NCBI GenBank assembly: GCA_951406725.2
Contig: OX597823.1
Span: forward strand, 106,020,001 to 106,084,000
Reading direction: 5' to 3'
DNA: 64,000 nt
From: Octopus vulgaris
Lineage: Eukaryota
Shown here: piece after piece, positions 1-13,274 of the stretch
Layout: every line of letters starts with the position of its first letter
Position numbering within the stretch: the stretch's first letter is position 1
Made by a program: the position numbers and the translations under genes
The notes under the pieces: model-generated
Told to the model about the DNA's origin: nothing
The model's database searches: none
What the model saw: the letters and a program-made list of their open reading frames with translations, nothing else

Positions 1-1002
1 GATACATATATATTTATACATACGTACATATGCATATATATTTATATTTGCTTGTATAAGTATAATATATATTTGTATATATTAGTGAGTGTATACATAT
101 AGATAGATATGTAATATTTTTGTGTATGGTATGTATGAATAAACATATATATATACATACATATATATATATATATACACATATATATATATTGATACAT
201 ATGATACACATATGTATGAATATATATATATATGTGTATACACACACACACACTCACTCACGTAGTCTAATGCGCTAAATTATGTAGATTCACTGTATAG
301 TGAACATTATACACTCTTTGTATTGACATTAGCAAACAACAGCTTGGCGTCCTCTCTATAATATCGATGATACAATAACGCTGGTGGTGATGGTCATGGC
401 GGTGGTGGTGGTGGATGCTTGTGATAGTGATGATGCTGGTGTGGGAGACGACGTGGTGTTGTCTCTGGTGTTTGTGTTCGAGGTGGTGATGATTGTGATG
501 GTAATGACTAGTCTCTATGTGTGTGTGTCTGTGTGTGTTGTGAAATGGTGATGTGATAGAACGTTGGTGTTGTGGTTGGGGTTATGGTAGCTAGTGTTAT
601 TGTGGCTGCAGTGGTGGTCTTAGTAAGGGTGGTGGTGTGTTATGGAGTTTGTGCTGCTTGTAATGATGGTAGCGATGGTGGTGGCGAGGGTTCTAATAAT
701 AGTGTTTCAGAAAGTGCTTCGTGTTTGTGGTCGCGATCTATTTAGGAGGTGATGATGGTGATGACATAATCAGAATGGTGATGAGGATGATGATGAGGAT
801 GGTGATGAGGATGATGATGATGGTAGCGGCGACGGCGGCGTGCGGTAGTGGGGTCATGGCGGTGGCTGCGGTGGTGGTGTGTGCTGTTAATATGCGACGG
901 TAATTTTATGGTAGTGGAGTGGCTGTTATTTTTAAGAAATGCAGAAACAAGGGAAGTCGATGAGGGTTTCTTTTCACAGTGAAACGAAACGGATAAATCA
1001 AC

Positions 1003-1849
<847 letters not shown>

Positions 1850-1899
1850 ATATTATTAGTTATTATTAATGATGATTGTTGTTGTTGTTGTTGTCGTTA

Positions 1900-1991
1900 A
1901 TGATGTATGATGATGATGATGATGATGATGATGTTGATGATGATGATGATGCATGCATGCATGATGATGATGACAGATGTACCACATGAGC

Positions 1992-2026
<35 letters not shown>

Positions 2027-2033
2027 CGATGAC

Positions 2034-2070
<37 letters not shown>

Positions 2071-2144
2071 GTGATGATGACGACGATGATGATGATGATG
2101 GTGATGATGATGATGATGATGATGATGACGATGATGATGATGAC

Positions 2145-2187
<43 letters not shown>

Positions 2188-2222
2188 GTGATGATGATAA
2201 TGATGATGATGATGATGATGGC

Positions 2223-2253
<31 letters not shown>

Positions 2254-2302
2254 GTGATGATGATGGCGATGATGATGATGGTGATGATGATGGTGATGAC
2301 GA
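1900..2302. repeat. (GAT)n array, reverse complement of the adjacent (CAT)n array
   Basis: GAT units with GAC/GGT variants. Confidence 0.95.
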
Positions 2303-2499
2303 CGGCTAGGACGATGAGGATGAGAAATGATGATGATGCTGTTAGTGGTTTTAATTGGGGCAGTGTTGCTAATAGATACGCTAGATGATGCTAGAATTGG
2401 TATTGGTGCTAGTACAGTTGGTGAGGTGAGTGGAGAAGGAAGGGGTAGCAATGGCGGTGATGGTGGTTGGAGCCGAAAGTATTGGATTTCGCTCTTGTT

Positions 2500-2690
2500 T
2501 AGCCCCCAGCTCAGCCCTGTTTAAACAAACCTTTGATGCAAGGTGTTCAAACCGTTACCATACCATTTTTTTTTACACGTCCAAGTAACTCAGAGGCATA
2601 TTACCCAACATAATCTTTCTTGAAATGGTGAGATCTCATTAACGAGGTAGAGAGTCTCTAAGAGGTCCGGTGACCACGTAAAGTTTCTGC
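2500..2690 (+). repeat. Old dispersed repeat family. Other degenerate copies on + at about 5790-6005, 6360-6545, 53700-53850, 56420-56590, 57050-57215, 57720-57870; on - at about 5050-5200, 33860-33950
   Basis: Recurring motifs resembling ...tgatcaaagg.attccagccgtgaccat... and ...gagatttggctgctatttctagcaggtcg... Confidence 0.55.
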
Positions 2691-2824
2691 TCGTGTGTAG
2701 GCGCAAGCGTTTATGATAGTTGGTGTGGTGTCGGTGGCAGAAGTGTTTATGATGAGTAAGAGGAGAGAAAACAATAAACGCTAGTTACCCTTTATATCTG
2801 TACAGTGTACACACACGTATACAT

Positions 2825-2990
2825 AGTTCAAATTTACAGAGAACAAAAGACGAGGAGAGGTGAAGGAACAACAAGCAGGTGTACTAGTTTAACGCTCGGG
2901 AAGAATGAAAATGTCTTTGACGTTTCGAGCTTACGCTCTTCGTCAGAGTGGAATAAAGCGGAGAGCGAAAAATGTGTAGGGATTAACGGT
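2825..2990 (-). mobile_element. Solo, diverged Penelope-like pseudo-LTR fragment related to the pLTRs at 23613 and 28085
   Basis: Reverse complement ...gaagagcgtaagctcgaaacgtcaaagac...cccgagcg...cacct...cgtcttttgt... aligns by eye with the pLTR 3' half. Confidence 0.8.
2914..2947 (-). ncRNA. Minimal hammerhead ribozyme motif (canonical core, decayed stem I)
   Basis: Minus strand reads CTGACGA-A-GAGC-GTAA-GCTC-GAAAC-GTC-AAAGA. Confidence 0.7.
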
Positions 2991-3234
2991 CCAACATGAT
3001 GAAATATATATATATATAAACACACACACACACACATACACACATATTCATAAAGACACACACATTCATATACATGTATTATACAATAATGTAAACAAAC
3101 TGGAGAAGAAAGAATTCACTCAACAGAGTAGAGTAGTTTAATAAAATGTTTTGCTCGGGATTGAAACTTCAGAAGTTGAGAATTGAAGATCCAGTTTAAA
3201 ATATGTTAAACTGAGGAATTGGCATAATTGTTAG

Positions 3235-3570
3235 GTTGTCGGGGGACATGTCCTGCAGTATTTATTCCAACTCTTCACGTTCGGTGTTTAAATAATTCCT
3301 AGGTCAACTTTGCTCTGCATTCTTTCGAAGTCGATGCCCACCCGTAGAGCTCAGTCGATAGAGCATTAGACTTTTAAAGGTCAACCTTAGAAGTAATGTG
3401 GGGGTCATGGGTTCGATTCCCCCTGCAGGCGTATATCCTTTTAATAAAAAATATTTTAATAAAAATTCTTTCGAAGTCGATAAAATAAAGTGCCAGTCAA
3501 ATCCTGAGGTCGATGTCATCAACTATTTCCCACTAAAAATGCTGGCGTTGTACTTTAATTAGAAAGAATT
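3235..3570 (+). mobile_element. tRNA-derived SINE (family B) interrupted by a pre-tRNA retrocopy
   Basis: aggtcaactttgctctgcattctttcgaagtcgat|aaaataaagtgccagtc...ggtcgatgtcatc matches the family B body seen intact at 54663-54893. Confidence 0.7.
3340..3431 (+). pseudogene. Intron-containing tRNA-Lys(UUU) retropseudogene
   Basis: D arm GCTCAGTCGATAGAGC; anticodon arm TTAGA-CT-TTT-A (TTT at 3373-3375); about 19-nt insert after position 37 (3377-3395); GGGTC variable loop; T loop GGTTCGATTCC; acceptor stem partly mispaired. Flanked by the 17-bp direct repeat attctttcgaagtcgat (3319-3335 and 3465-3481). Confidence 0.85.
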
Positions 3571-4201
3571 ATATGAGAGTACAAATGGGACCCTAAATTT
3601 TTAAGGCATTAATAGTTCCTCTCCTATAATTTCTGCTTTTAAATGTTATCGGCACCAAAAATTTGTTGCATTCTTTTTGTAACGTTGGAACAAATACCAG
3701 TAATATGGTTGGGAGATTATTGATTTCCCCCCATAATTTCTTCATTGCGAACAATATTTTTATTTTTATTTCTATTGTTATTTTATTTTACCTTTTATTT
3801 GTTTATTTATTTATTTTTGATAAATCAATATATTTGGCCATCAAAAAGTAAACGATGATATTTAGTATACAAGAAATAACCTGTTTCATACACGTAACAG
3901 AACACGGACACACACATACGAAGGCACGAAGATATAGACACAAATTAATGCACTTACACACTTATCCATTCCCACATATGAGTACACTTATATATATATA
4001 TATTTGCACACACATTCAAACACACATATATTCTATGTATGTATGTATGTATGTATGTATGTATGTATGTTTGTATGTATATATGTGTGTATGTTTACAT
4101 ATATATTTGCATACATACACATACATGTATATGTGTATACATACAACCATACCCACACAACCGCACCAGCACACATTTATAATTGCATACATACATACAT
4201 A

Positions 4202-4304
<103 letters not shown>

Positions 4305-7300
4305 GTATATATACAAATACTATCTGTTCATTTTCCATTCTTCTCCGCTCCCTTAACTTCCCCGTCTCTTCTCCCTCCCACCCACCCTCCTCCCCCACTC
4401 TCTTTCCCTCTTTTTCTCATTTCCTCCAACCCAACATTGTTAATTTGAAAAAGTTTAATATTTGTTCTATTGGCAAGTCTGAATATTTACTAAAACCTGA
4501 ATCTGTCTGATGACCATTGTCTAAATCAATAACACCACTTCCTATCGATTAGTCACCGTGTCATTAGCGGATCTATCGGACAAATATCCAACAGTTTAAC
4601 AAAGAAAATGAAGCAAAATCGATTTCATATATGGACGCATGGTCTGAAATTTATATGAAAAAGCAAAATACGCACACAGCGACCATTGTATGTTTGCAAG
4701 GAGATTGGTGCTGCAAATGATGGGGAAATGATTTCACTACAGTATTGAACTTGAGTTCGTAGATTTTGTTGAATAATTTGAAATTATAGCGGTTGTTCTA
4801 TACTGTTAATAATGTAAACGATAGTAGCGCCATGGAGTAAACCGTTATGGGTTCGGTCGACTTGCTAGAAATAATATTCAATTCTCCTTCAAGTTGTATC
4901 CTGCGAAAGTGTAAGATAGGTTTTAGTCTGGCTTGGGCAGAAATGGTTGCGAATGGAAAGGTCTTAGGCACTAACCACCACCACCACCACCACCACCACC
5001 GCCGCCGCCGCCAGCCATGACAGCAGCAACAACGACTACAATGATGACGTCAAAAAGCCGACACTAGAAATAAGGATGTAATTCTCTCAATCACAGCCCT
5101 AAACCCTTTTCGAAAATGCATAGGACAATGTAGACTATCTTAAAAGAGACGGAACGGTCACGGTTGGAACAAGTTTCATAATGCACCGTTTTCATCAGAG
5201 AAGGATTAGAAGTTAGTCTTCACTACCACCACGACTACGATAACGGCGACGACCACCACAACCACAACCACCACCACCACCACCACCATCATCAACACTA
5301 TCATCAACACGAATACAACGACCACAACCACTACCACCACCACCGACAACAACAACAACAACAACAACAGCAACAATACCGCCACCACTACCGCCAACGT
5401 TACCGCCACAACCACCGCCAACACCACCAACAACAACTACTACAACGACAACGGAAGGAAATTAATTTCTTAAACACAAATTGCTAATTCAAAAGAGAGT
5501 GGGTAATTAGATTTCTGGAGCCTTCATATCTTTCTCAAAGACAATTGGTAAGTTCGCTCAAATTATATTAACACTGGATCGAAACCAGATTATATACTCA
5601 GTCGATATATTATTTGTATTCTCCACAGCGCTTATGTATTAACACGTTAAAACTCTGGGACACTTTCTCTGACGATATCAGTTACAATGGCAGAAATGTC
5701 TCAAGGACCTGTAAAATGTTTCTTGATAATTTGGTAATCATGTATCAAAAATTCTTTAAGTTAAGTAGGGCTGTTCCATTAAGCCTAGATGTAGTTGTTG
5801 TTAGGATTTAGGTCAGCTGCAATAAATAGACCAAAAAGAAAAAAAAACGTAAGAAGAAAAAAGATAAAAACGGATCTGAACCGTGATTATGGCATTTTCT
5901 TTATAGGAGTACATTATCCAACGTGTCTTACTCTTTTTAAAGCAGTAAACTGAGATTTGAACAAGATTTAACTATTGTTTCCTATAAGTCGAGCAACCAT
6001 GTAGAAAATGTTGGGCCATTTTGAACACAATAATTCACGAATCTGTAAAAGCCTTGATAAAACTGCTTAAGATATTCACTACTTCTGTATAATCGATAAT
6101 CAAATAAGGCCATATCGACTAGTCATTCCTCGATCTATCAATAGTCTGGTGTTAATCAAAAGCCATGTTTGATTAGTATCCACCATTTATCTTAATGGTT
6201 CATCGACAATAGATAAGTTGAAGAGTGACAAAATATTAGCCATGACTCAGTGCTCTAGCGGCTACCTGTAGCAAGGTAAATCTTTGCATATTGTTCGACT
6301 GGTTTAATTTATACTGAGCAAGAAAAAAAATCGACAAACGTATTTCTGTTCTTCCTATTAAGACCAAGATCAATTGTGATCAAGCAAACTTATGATCAAA
6401 GAGTTCTAATCGAAACCATCACAAATTATTTTCAGATATTATATAAAACATGTATATCATGTAAGATTGTGAGGTGTGACTCGGAAACTATTTAGCTGCT
6501 ACTTTAGCAGGTCGTGTGACTGCCTAGAGGCTCTTTCACTGATTCAATGACAAACGTGTATATACGGATGGTATTCGTCTCGTAACTATATTTCACCTTC
6601 AAAACAGAGAACTGTAGTCTGAAAGAGATAAATTTTTATTAATTTCATTTCAATAAAGATCGAAAGAATTAAATTACTTGAAGAATTATATTAAGTCGTC
6701 AATTTCATTTAGAATGTTGATTTTATTTATTGTTGCAGCAATCAACATTTTGTCTTCGTATTGTATGTTATAGATTTATCGCAGTTGAGGACAACTCAAT
6801 CAGAGCTACTGACCATCATCGTGTATACTTGTTAAATGTCTGTAAATTAAGTTGAACAATTGGAAAATTTCAAAGCTAAATATACAGGAAACTGAACCAG
6901 GAAGTCAGAGACAAAATTCCCAAAACACTAATACAGATTAATTTTGAAAACATATTTCTGTGAAACAGACCAGCGCACATTGTTGAAAGATTGAGTAAGT
7001 GGGCTAGATTAATATCATCAGGTAAATTATTCGAGAGACTGAGTTTTTAGAAGAAAAAATTAAACCTCTGGTTATAAATGTCTTGTTTCAAGATCTTGGG
7101 TTATAATTTTTTCCTTGCATCTGTTGTGTTTTTTATTTGTTTGTTTCATATTAATATATTTTCAGTTGGTTTATCTTTTATTTTTAGCCCAAAGTTTTAC
7201 TTTTCTAAAACAACCCATGCCCTGCATTTACAGTGTTTTCTATCGAAGTACTTACTAAATTGATTCTTGTTACCGCCATAAAGCTCAGAACGAAGATAAA

Positions 7301-7624
7301 AATTGAGTATGTTTATGGGGATGTCACAGCATGTTCACAGTCTCTGGCTGAAACGAGTAAAAGTTAACAGGCAGGAAGTGTATGTAGTTAAAAACGCGAA
7401 CAGGATATGTAAATAACTGAAGATGGAGACATGAAGTATTTACAGCGAAAGAAATTGACAAATGGTATATAGAGAGAGACAGACAGGAACTGTTTATAGC
7501 AGAAGCGAGAACAAGGTTAGTGGAGAGAAACCTGTCCTTTGCGAGTGAAAAGTCTCCCACTTGTGGAGTCTCTAAAAGTTCATTTAAGCCTGATTTCAAA
7601 ACGTATTTAATATAATATGTATAT

Positions 7625-7830
7625 AAATAAGGTATTTAACCATGAATTTTGGCTCAAGGCCAATTTCGGTGAGGGCGGCGAAAAAGTTAATTACATGGGC
7701 CCACTACCAGTTCAGTTGCTACTTATTTTATCGATCCCGAAATGTTGGAAGGCAAAGTCGACCCTGGAGGAATTTGAATGCAGAACGTATATATGCCGTC
7801 AGGGCTCTTATGCGCGTCCTCTTCGCACCT
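7625..7830 (-). mobile_element. SINE family B, degenerate
   Basis: tttatcgatcccgaaatgttggaaggcaaagtcgaccctggaggaatttgaa is the reverse complement of the family B core. Confidence 0.7.
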
Positions 7831-8036
7831 AATGCTACAAAGGTTCCTCATCTTAACTCAGTATAATTTGAATCACACAGAATGAAGTACCTGCTCAGAC
7901 TCAAAGGAAACTCTACTTGCATATGCATAAGATAATGTAACTAATACCGATATATTTATATGCCTTGAACATATGTACCTATGCACATCTATAAAATTCT
8001 CTATGAACTTTATAGCTATGTAATTTCTACCAAAAT

Positions 8037-8325
8037 GAAAGCGCAATAGCGCAGTGGTTAGGGCAGCGGACTCGCAGTCGGAGGACCACGGTTTCGATTC
8101 CCAGACCGGGCGTTGTTTGTTTATTGAGCGAAAACACCTAAAAGCTCCCCGAGTCTCCAGCAGCTGGGAGGCGACCCTCTGTTGTACTCTTTCGCCACAA
8201 CTTTCTCTCACTCGCTCTTCCTGTTTCTTGAGTAACGCTGCGATGGACTGGCTGGGGGGAACACATACGCCACAGAAACTGGGAAACCGGGCCCATGAGC
8301 CTGGCTAGGTTTGAAAAGGGCGACG
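8037..8325 (+). mobile_element. tRNA-derived SINE (Arg-like head, V-SINE-like body) with 15-bp TSD
   Basis: A box TAGCGCAGTGG, B box GTTTCGATTCC, gctgcgatggactggc segment; TSD aatttctaccaaaat at 8022-8036 and 8326-8340. Confidence 0.85.
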
Positions 8326-9073
8326 AATTTCTACCAAAATACTTATGCACCTAAGTATATACCTAAGCATTTTATATCTCATATATCTATATAATATGTA
8401 CCTATGTACAATCACATACACACATATCTGTCCCCTTTTTAAAGGATCCTTTATCTATATACATTGTACATGGCACATACAAAACTATTTCGCTGATAAC
8501 TAAAAGAAGAGAGATATTTGTGTTCAGATTTCGTAAAGACAAATGGCGCATTTCTTCATCCGGGAAAATTTAAATTATGTACCAGAAATTAAATGGGATC
8601 ACTTGAAATTTCTCTGCTTTCAAGTTCATAACGCTTAAAAGTTCTCGTTCAAGATCAATCCTTCCACATTGATCGCTTATTTGCAAACAAATTTCATCTT
8701 CACCTTCGCTCTGTTGTCCTTTTGTAATCCGTTTCTTCCATCTCTATCGTTCTTTCTGTTTTTCATTCTTCCATTCTTTCTTTCTTTACTATCTTCCGTT
8801 CTCCCTCTGCCAATCTTCTCCCTCTCACACACACATACACCTTCTTTCTAAGACCCTCAGCACCTAATGTATATTACTTAGAGGCTCCTTCGTGGCATGT
8901 GGCGTGTATTGAGCACACTATGTTACGAATAGATGAAAATGAAAATTGATTTGGGAAGGTTCTAAAAGCAAAAGTGCAAAAAGCCAGAACAAGCAACTCA
9001 AAGCATTCTGTTTGCGACGCCCGACAAACTCATCGGTCTGTCTGGCTGCTGGCTGTAATTCTATCTATCTATG

Positions 9074-9132
<59 letters not shown>

Positions 9133-9285
9133 GCACATACACATACACTATACACATACACACATAAGTATATATATACGGTCTCACGATCACATAGGCA
9201 CAACTAATCACCCCTCTCTCTTTCCTTTCCTCACTTTTTGTTCCCCTATTCATACATATTCATATATACGTGTGTGTGTGTATAC

Positions 9286-9338
<53 letters not shown>

Positions 9339-9729
9339 TGTGTGTATACGTACATATATACATATGTGTGTGTGTGTGTGTGTCCATGTATCTGTGTGTG
9401 GGAAGCGTGTGTGCGCGCGTGTGGGTTTGTGCATATGTATATCGCTCACCTATCCTCCTTCCTCTCCTCCACCTGTAGTCGAGTGATTTACCAGTCAGCT
9501 GCTGTCAGTGATTCTAGCAATGAAATTTATGTTGTTAACAGTCAATTAGAGAAGAACATTATTTGACCAAAACATAAAGACTTCTCATCACATCTCTTTC
9601 TTTCCTTCTTTCTTTCTCTCTTTCTTTCTTTTTCTCTCAAACGGTCTCTGTATTTTACACATACATATATACGTGCATACGTATGTATATGTCTCTGTAT
9701 TTGTGTATGTACACATATGTACATATATA

Positions 9730-9787
<58 letters not shown>

Positions 9788-10345
9788 TATATGCATATAT
9801 GTATGTACATATGTATATATGTATATATACATGTGTGTATATATGTAAATATGAAAATATATATATTTTTATGCGTGTTTATATATGCAGATAGATATAT
9901 ATAGATATGTATATAAACATACATAGTGACACGCACACACAAACATACACACATTAACAAGCAGACACACACGCACACACATACGTAAATTTGCGTTGGT
10001 ATCGACCATTATTCGATCCGGTCACATCTAAATTGATGACACCACCTGTTGAAGTTTCGTCTCATATTTTTGTGAGTTTGGGCGTTCGATCCCAATCACT
10101 TATGCTTGTTGATGACCGAGATGTTTCCAGTTTCGGTGCCTTATCTTGTTTCCCTTGGGGATGTTATCCAAATACCTACTGACAATGACAGCAACTTTCT
10201 TGCGTCTTTGTTTTCGTGATAACGTTGATTAAAGCGGGAAAATTTACGATAAAAAAAATAAATGTATCGCAATAAGGTTATAAAATGAGATCATTATAAT
10301 GTGTGTGCGGCGGAGGGAATATGTATGTATGTATGTATGTATGCA

Positions 10346-10346
10346 T

Positions 10347-10380
<34 letters not shown>

Positions 10381-10640
10381 AGTTGTTTAACTGGTGCCAT
10401 TCTTGACAATTTTGCAGCAGCCGTCGCCACCGGTTTCTGTTCTCTGTTTTGCGGAGCAGGGACACGGCTTCGTGACCTGTTCAGTCCTTTATGTAGTCGC
10501 ACCAGGAATTCTTTTTTCTTTCTTTAGTTCTGCCCTGAAGGATGGTTCTGGACAGAATTTTGTTGTGAGTAGCAGCCTTCTGAATCCCGCGTACTCAAAT
10601 GCCTGGATTTGTCATTTAAATGATTCGAGTATTCATGAAT
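10346..10640 (-). mobile_element. RTE-clade LINE 3' end with (GAT)n tail
   Basis: Minus translation SWCDYIKD*TG...SLLRKTENRNRWRRLL resembles the RTE C-terminus W.D.IK.WTG...R.A.DR..WR, followed by (GAT)n. Confidence 0.65.
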
Positions 10641-10907
10641 AAAGTTTTTTAATCTGTGCATTAAATACACTTTGCCCCAATAGTAAATTATAAAGAAAAT
10701 TTCGATAGCAGGACAAATGCTATACAACTCTAGTTCGAAAACAACAGAAGGTTATTACGTGATAATCAACACTCTAAGCAAAAAGAATGGATGAAGTAGT
10801 CGAGCATTACAGCTGTTTCAGAAGATGCCTGTTACATAACATTATGAATGTTTCATAGCTATTTTGGCCCGGGTTGAAATCTGGCAATAATAATAATGAT
10901 GATGATG

Positions 10908-10968
<61 letters not shown>

Positions 10969-10985
10969 GGATGATGATGATAATA

Positions 10986-11436
10986 AAAGGATGTGTTTAT
11001 TAATTGACATGAGTATTCCTTGAGATCACAATGTAACGGCGAAAGAATTTGACAAGATCAGTAAATATAAAGACTTGCTAATAGAAATTGAAAAAATGCA
11101 TCATCTCATGGCGACTGCAGTACCAGTGATTGTAGGATCTCTAGGAATGATTAAAAAAGGCACTGAAACCTATTTGAAAATGATACCGGGCTTACCATCC
11201 CTACAGGAAGTGCAAAGAATCGTGTTAACTTGTCGGCTCATGTACTAAGAAGAGCATTATCGCTGTGAAAATAACATCCATTCATGAATTTATTTATTTA
11301 TTAATTTTTTAAATACATATTTTACCTGTGAATTTGCGTGTGTAATCTGGTAATACATACAATGAGCTTCTCTGCCCTAGGTGTATGGAAAACACTCGGC
11401 GAGAAACGGAAGAAAATCTGAAGAAAGAAGGAAAAA
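10986..11436 (+). mobile_element. 5'-truncated R4/Dong-type (restriction-like endonuclease) non-LTR retrotransposon
   Basis: CLLIDMSIP*DHNVTAKEFDKISKYKDLLIEIEKM...VPVIVGSLGMIKK...LQEVQRIVL/SAHVLRRAL* (from 10994; one stop, one frameshift), then a 3' UTR; flanked both sides by (TAA)n. Confidence 0.85.
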
Positions 11437-11453
11437 TGATAATAATAATAATG

Positions 11454-11509
<56 letters not shown>

Positions 11510-11510
<1 letters not shown>

Positions 11511-12064
11511 CCCTGATGCAGTACCAGGCAGTGGCTCTCATGGCTTCTGATCTTAACTGATTGGAAGTGTTATCATGTACATTGTTTTGTCTTGGCATAA
11601 AAGATGGGCTACAGCAAATATTCTGCTCAATATCACAGATTTGCTTGTCAGTTGTTTGACCTTAACCAGTTGAGCATGTCCCTTAGTGGCTGATGATATG
11701 TGCATCTCTGATCATGAGCAGAAGCAGTGGGGGAGCATCATAGCCATGTGTTGAGAGGAATTCTTTGGGGTTTGGATAATTCACCCATGGAAACATGGGT
11801 GTTTCGTTCAACATCCTTAAACAAACCTTATTCAGGGACCTTTTGAGTGGGATGGGTTACTCGACCTGAAGAAAATTCTAACTGAACCCCACCTGTAAGG
11901 TCATGCGCTGTTTATCTTGATATGAGATCACCATGTAGTGCACAAAGGGTTGTGATGCATGTGCCTGGTGTACCCTTATCAGACGGGTAGTCATGATGGG
12001 TACATTGGGCTTCGTTTTTTTTTACCCCAGTGTCACTTTGATGGCATGAACTGCTCTCTCACTC
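11510..12064 (+). mobile_element. About 555-bp non-coding interspersed element bounded on both sides by (TAA)n
   Basis: Complex sequence precisely delimited by TAA arrays 11437-11509 and 12065-12170; no ORF. Strand is assumed. Confidence 0.6.
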
Positions 12065-12172
<108 letters not shown>

Positions 12173-12184
12173 GTCAATAATAAT

Positions 12185-12398
12185 AATCCTATCTACTGGA
12201 GGTACAAGGCCTGAAATTTGCAGGGAAGGGCCTAGTCGATTACATCGACCCCAGTGTTCCAGTGGTACTTAATTTATCGACCCCAAAAGGATGAAAAGCA
12301 AAGTCGACCTCAGCCCAATTTGAACTAAGAACGCAAGGACGGATGAAATGCCATTAAGCATTTTGGTCGGTGTGCTTGCGGTTCTGCCGGCTCGCCGC
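12185..12398 (-). mobile_element. SINE family B
   Basis: gtcgattacatcgaccccagt...tttatcgaccccaaaaggatgaaaagcaaagtcgacctc...ttctgccggctcgccgc. Confidence 0.85.
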
Positions 12399-12929
12399 AA
12401 TAATAATGCCAAAAAAGAAAATAAGAAAGGTAAGAAAAAGACAGAAAAGAACCAGAACATGACGTACATTTTAAGGATAAAAGAAAGGAGGAGTAGAAAG
12501 AGGAGATGGTAAAGAGCCAATGACATGCTCTACTTACATACAGATTATCTTGGAGCGATAGATAGGTGTGTAGCTTCATTTTGTCAATTGAATACTGGAA
12601 TTTATGGTGTGGCAACAAGAGATTTAGATCTAATTAACTTCCATCTGGCGTCAATGAGGGGAGCCGGCGCACAAAAATGGGATGTTTATTATTTAGGAAA
12701 GATAATATAACAAAAACTCACAGGAGGAAACATAGGCAAGGGAGAGGAAAGAAAAGGAAAAAGAAAAAGACAACAGACCAAAATACATCGTCACTTGTAA
12801 GATACATTTATATACACACACACATGTATGCACACGCCGACACGCACACATAAAAAGAGAGACCTCCACAGACGTACGTATACACAGCGTATCCGTATAT
12901 AGAAATAAGTATATGCGCGCGCGCACACG

Positions 12930-12965
<36 letters not shown>

Positions 12966-13236
12966 TGATATATCAGTAGGCTAGCATCACGTCGATCATG
13001 GTTCCAACAAGTAACTGGTTGGTTGTTTAGTCCGAAGGAACATTTTATGCACTTATGATTAATAACATGCTTTCCTACTGAAACATATGTAGCACCCATT
13101 GAGCTACTATCGCCAGTCTTTATAATGTTATTATCTGCCTGTCTCTTGGTTTATATGTTCTATATTTATACTGTTGTTCGGATGTGAGGGAGAATGTACG
13201 TGAGAAGGGGGGAGAGGGAAAGTGAGAGTATGTGTG

Positions 13237-13274
<38 letters not shown>

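Noticed and set aside
3340-3431. Functional tRNA-Lys gene
   Set aside because: U8 replaced by G, mismatches in acceptor, anticodon and T stems, and TSD/A tail indicate a retrocopy.
5660-5710. CTGACGA...GAAA hammerhead-like spacing
   Set aside because: Stems I-III pair poorly; at best a heavily decayed motif.
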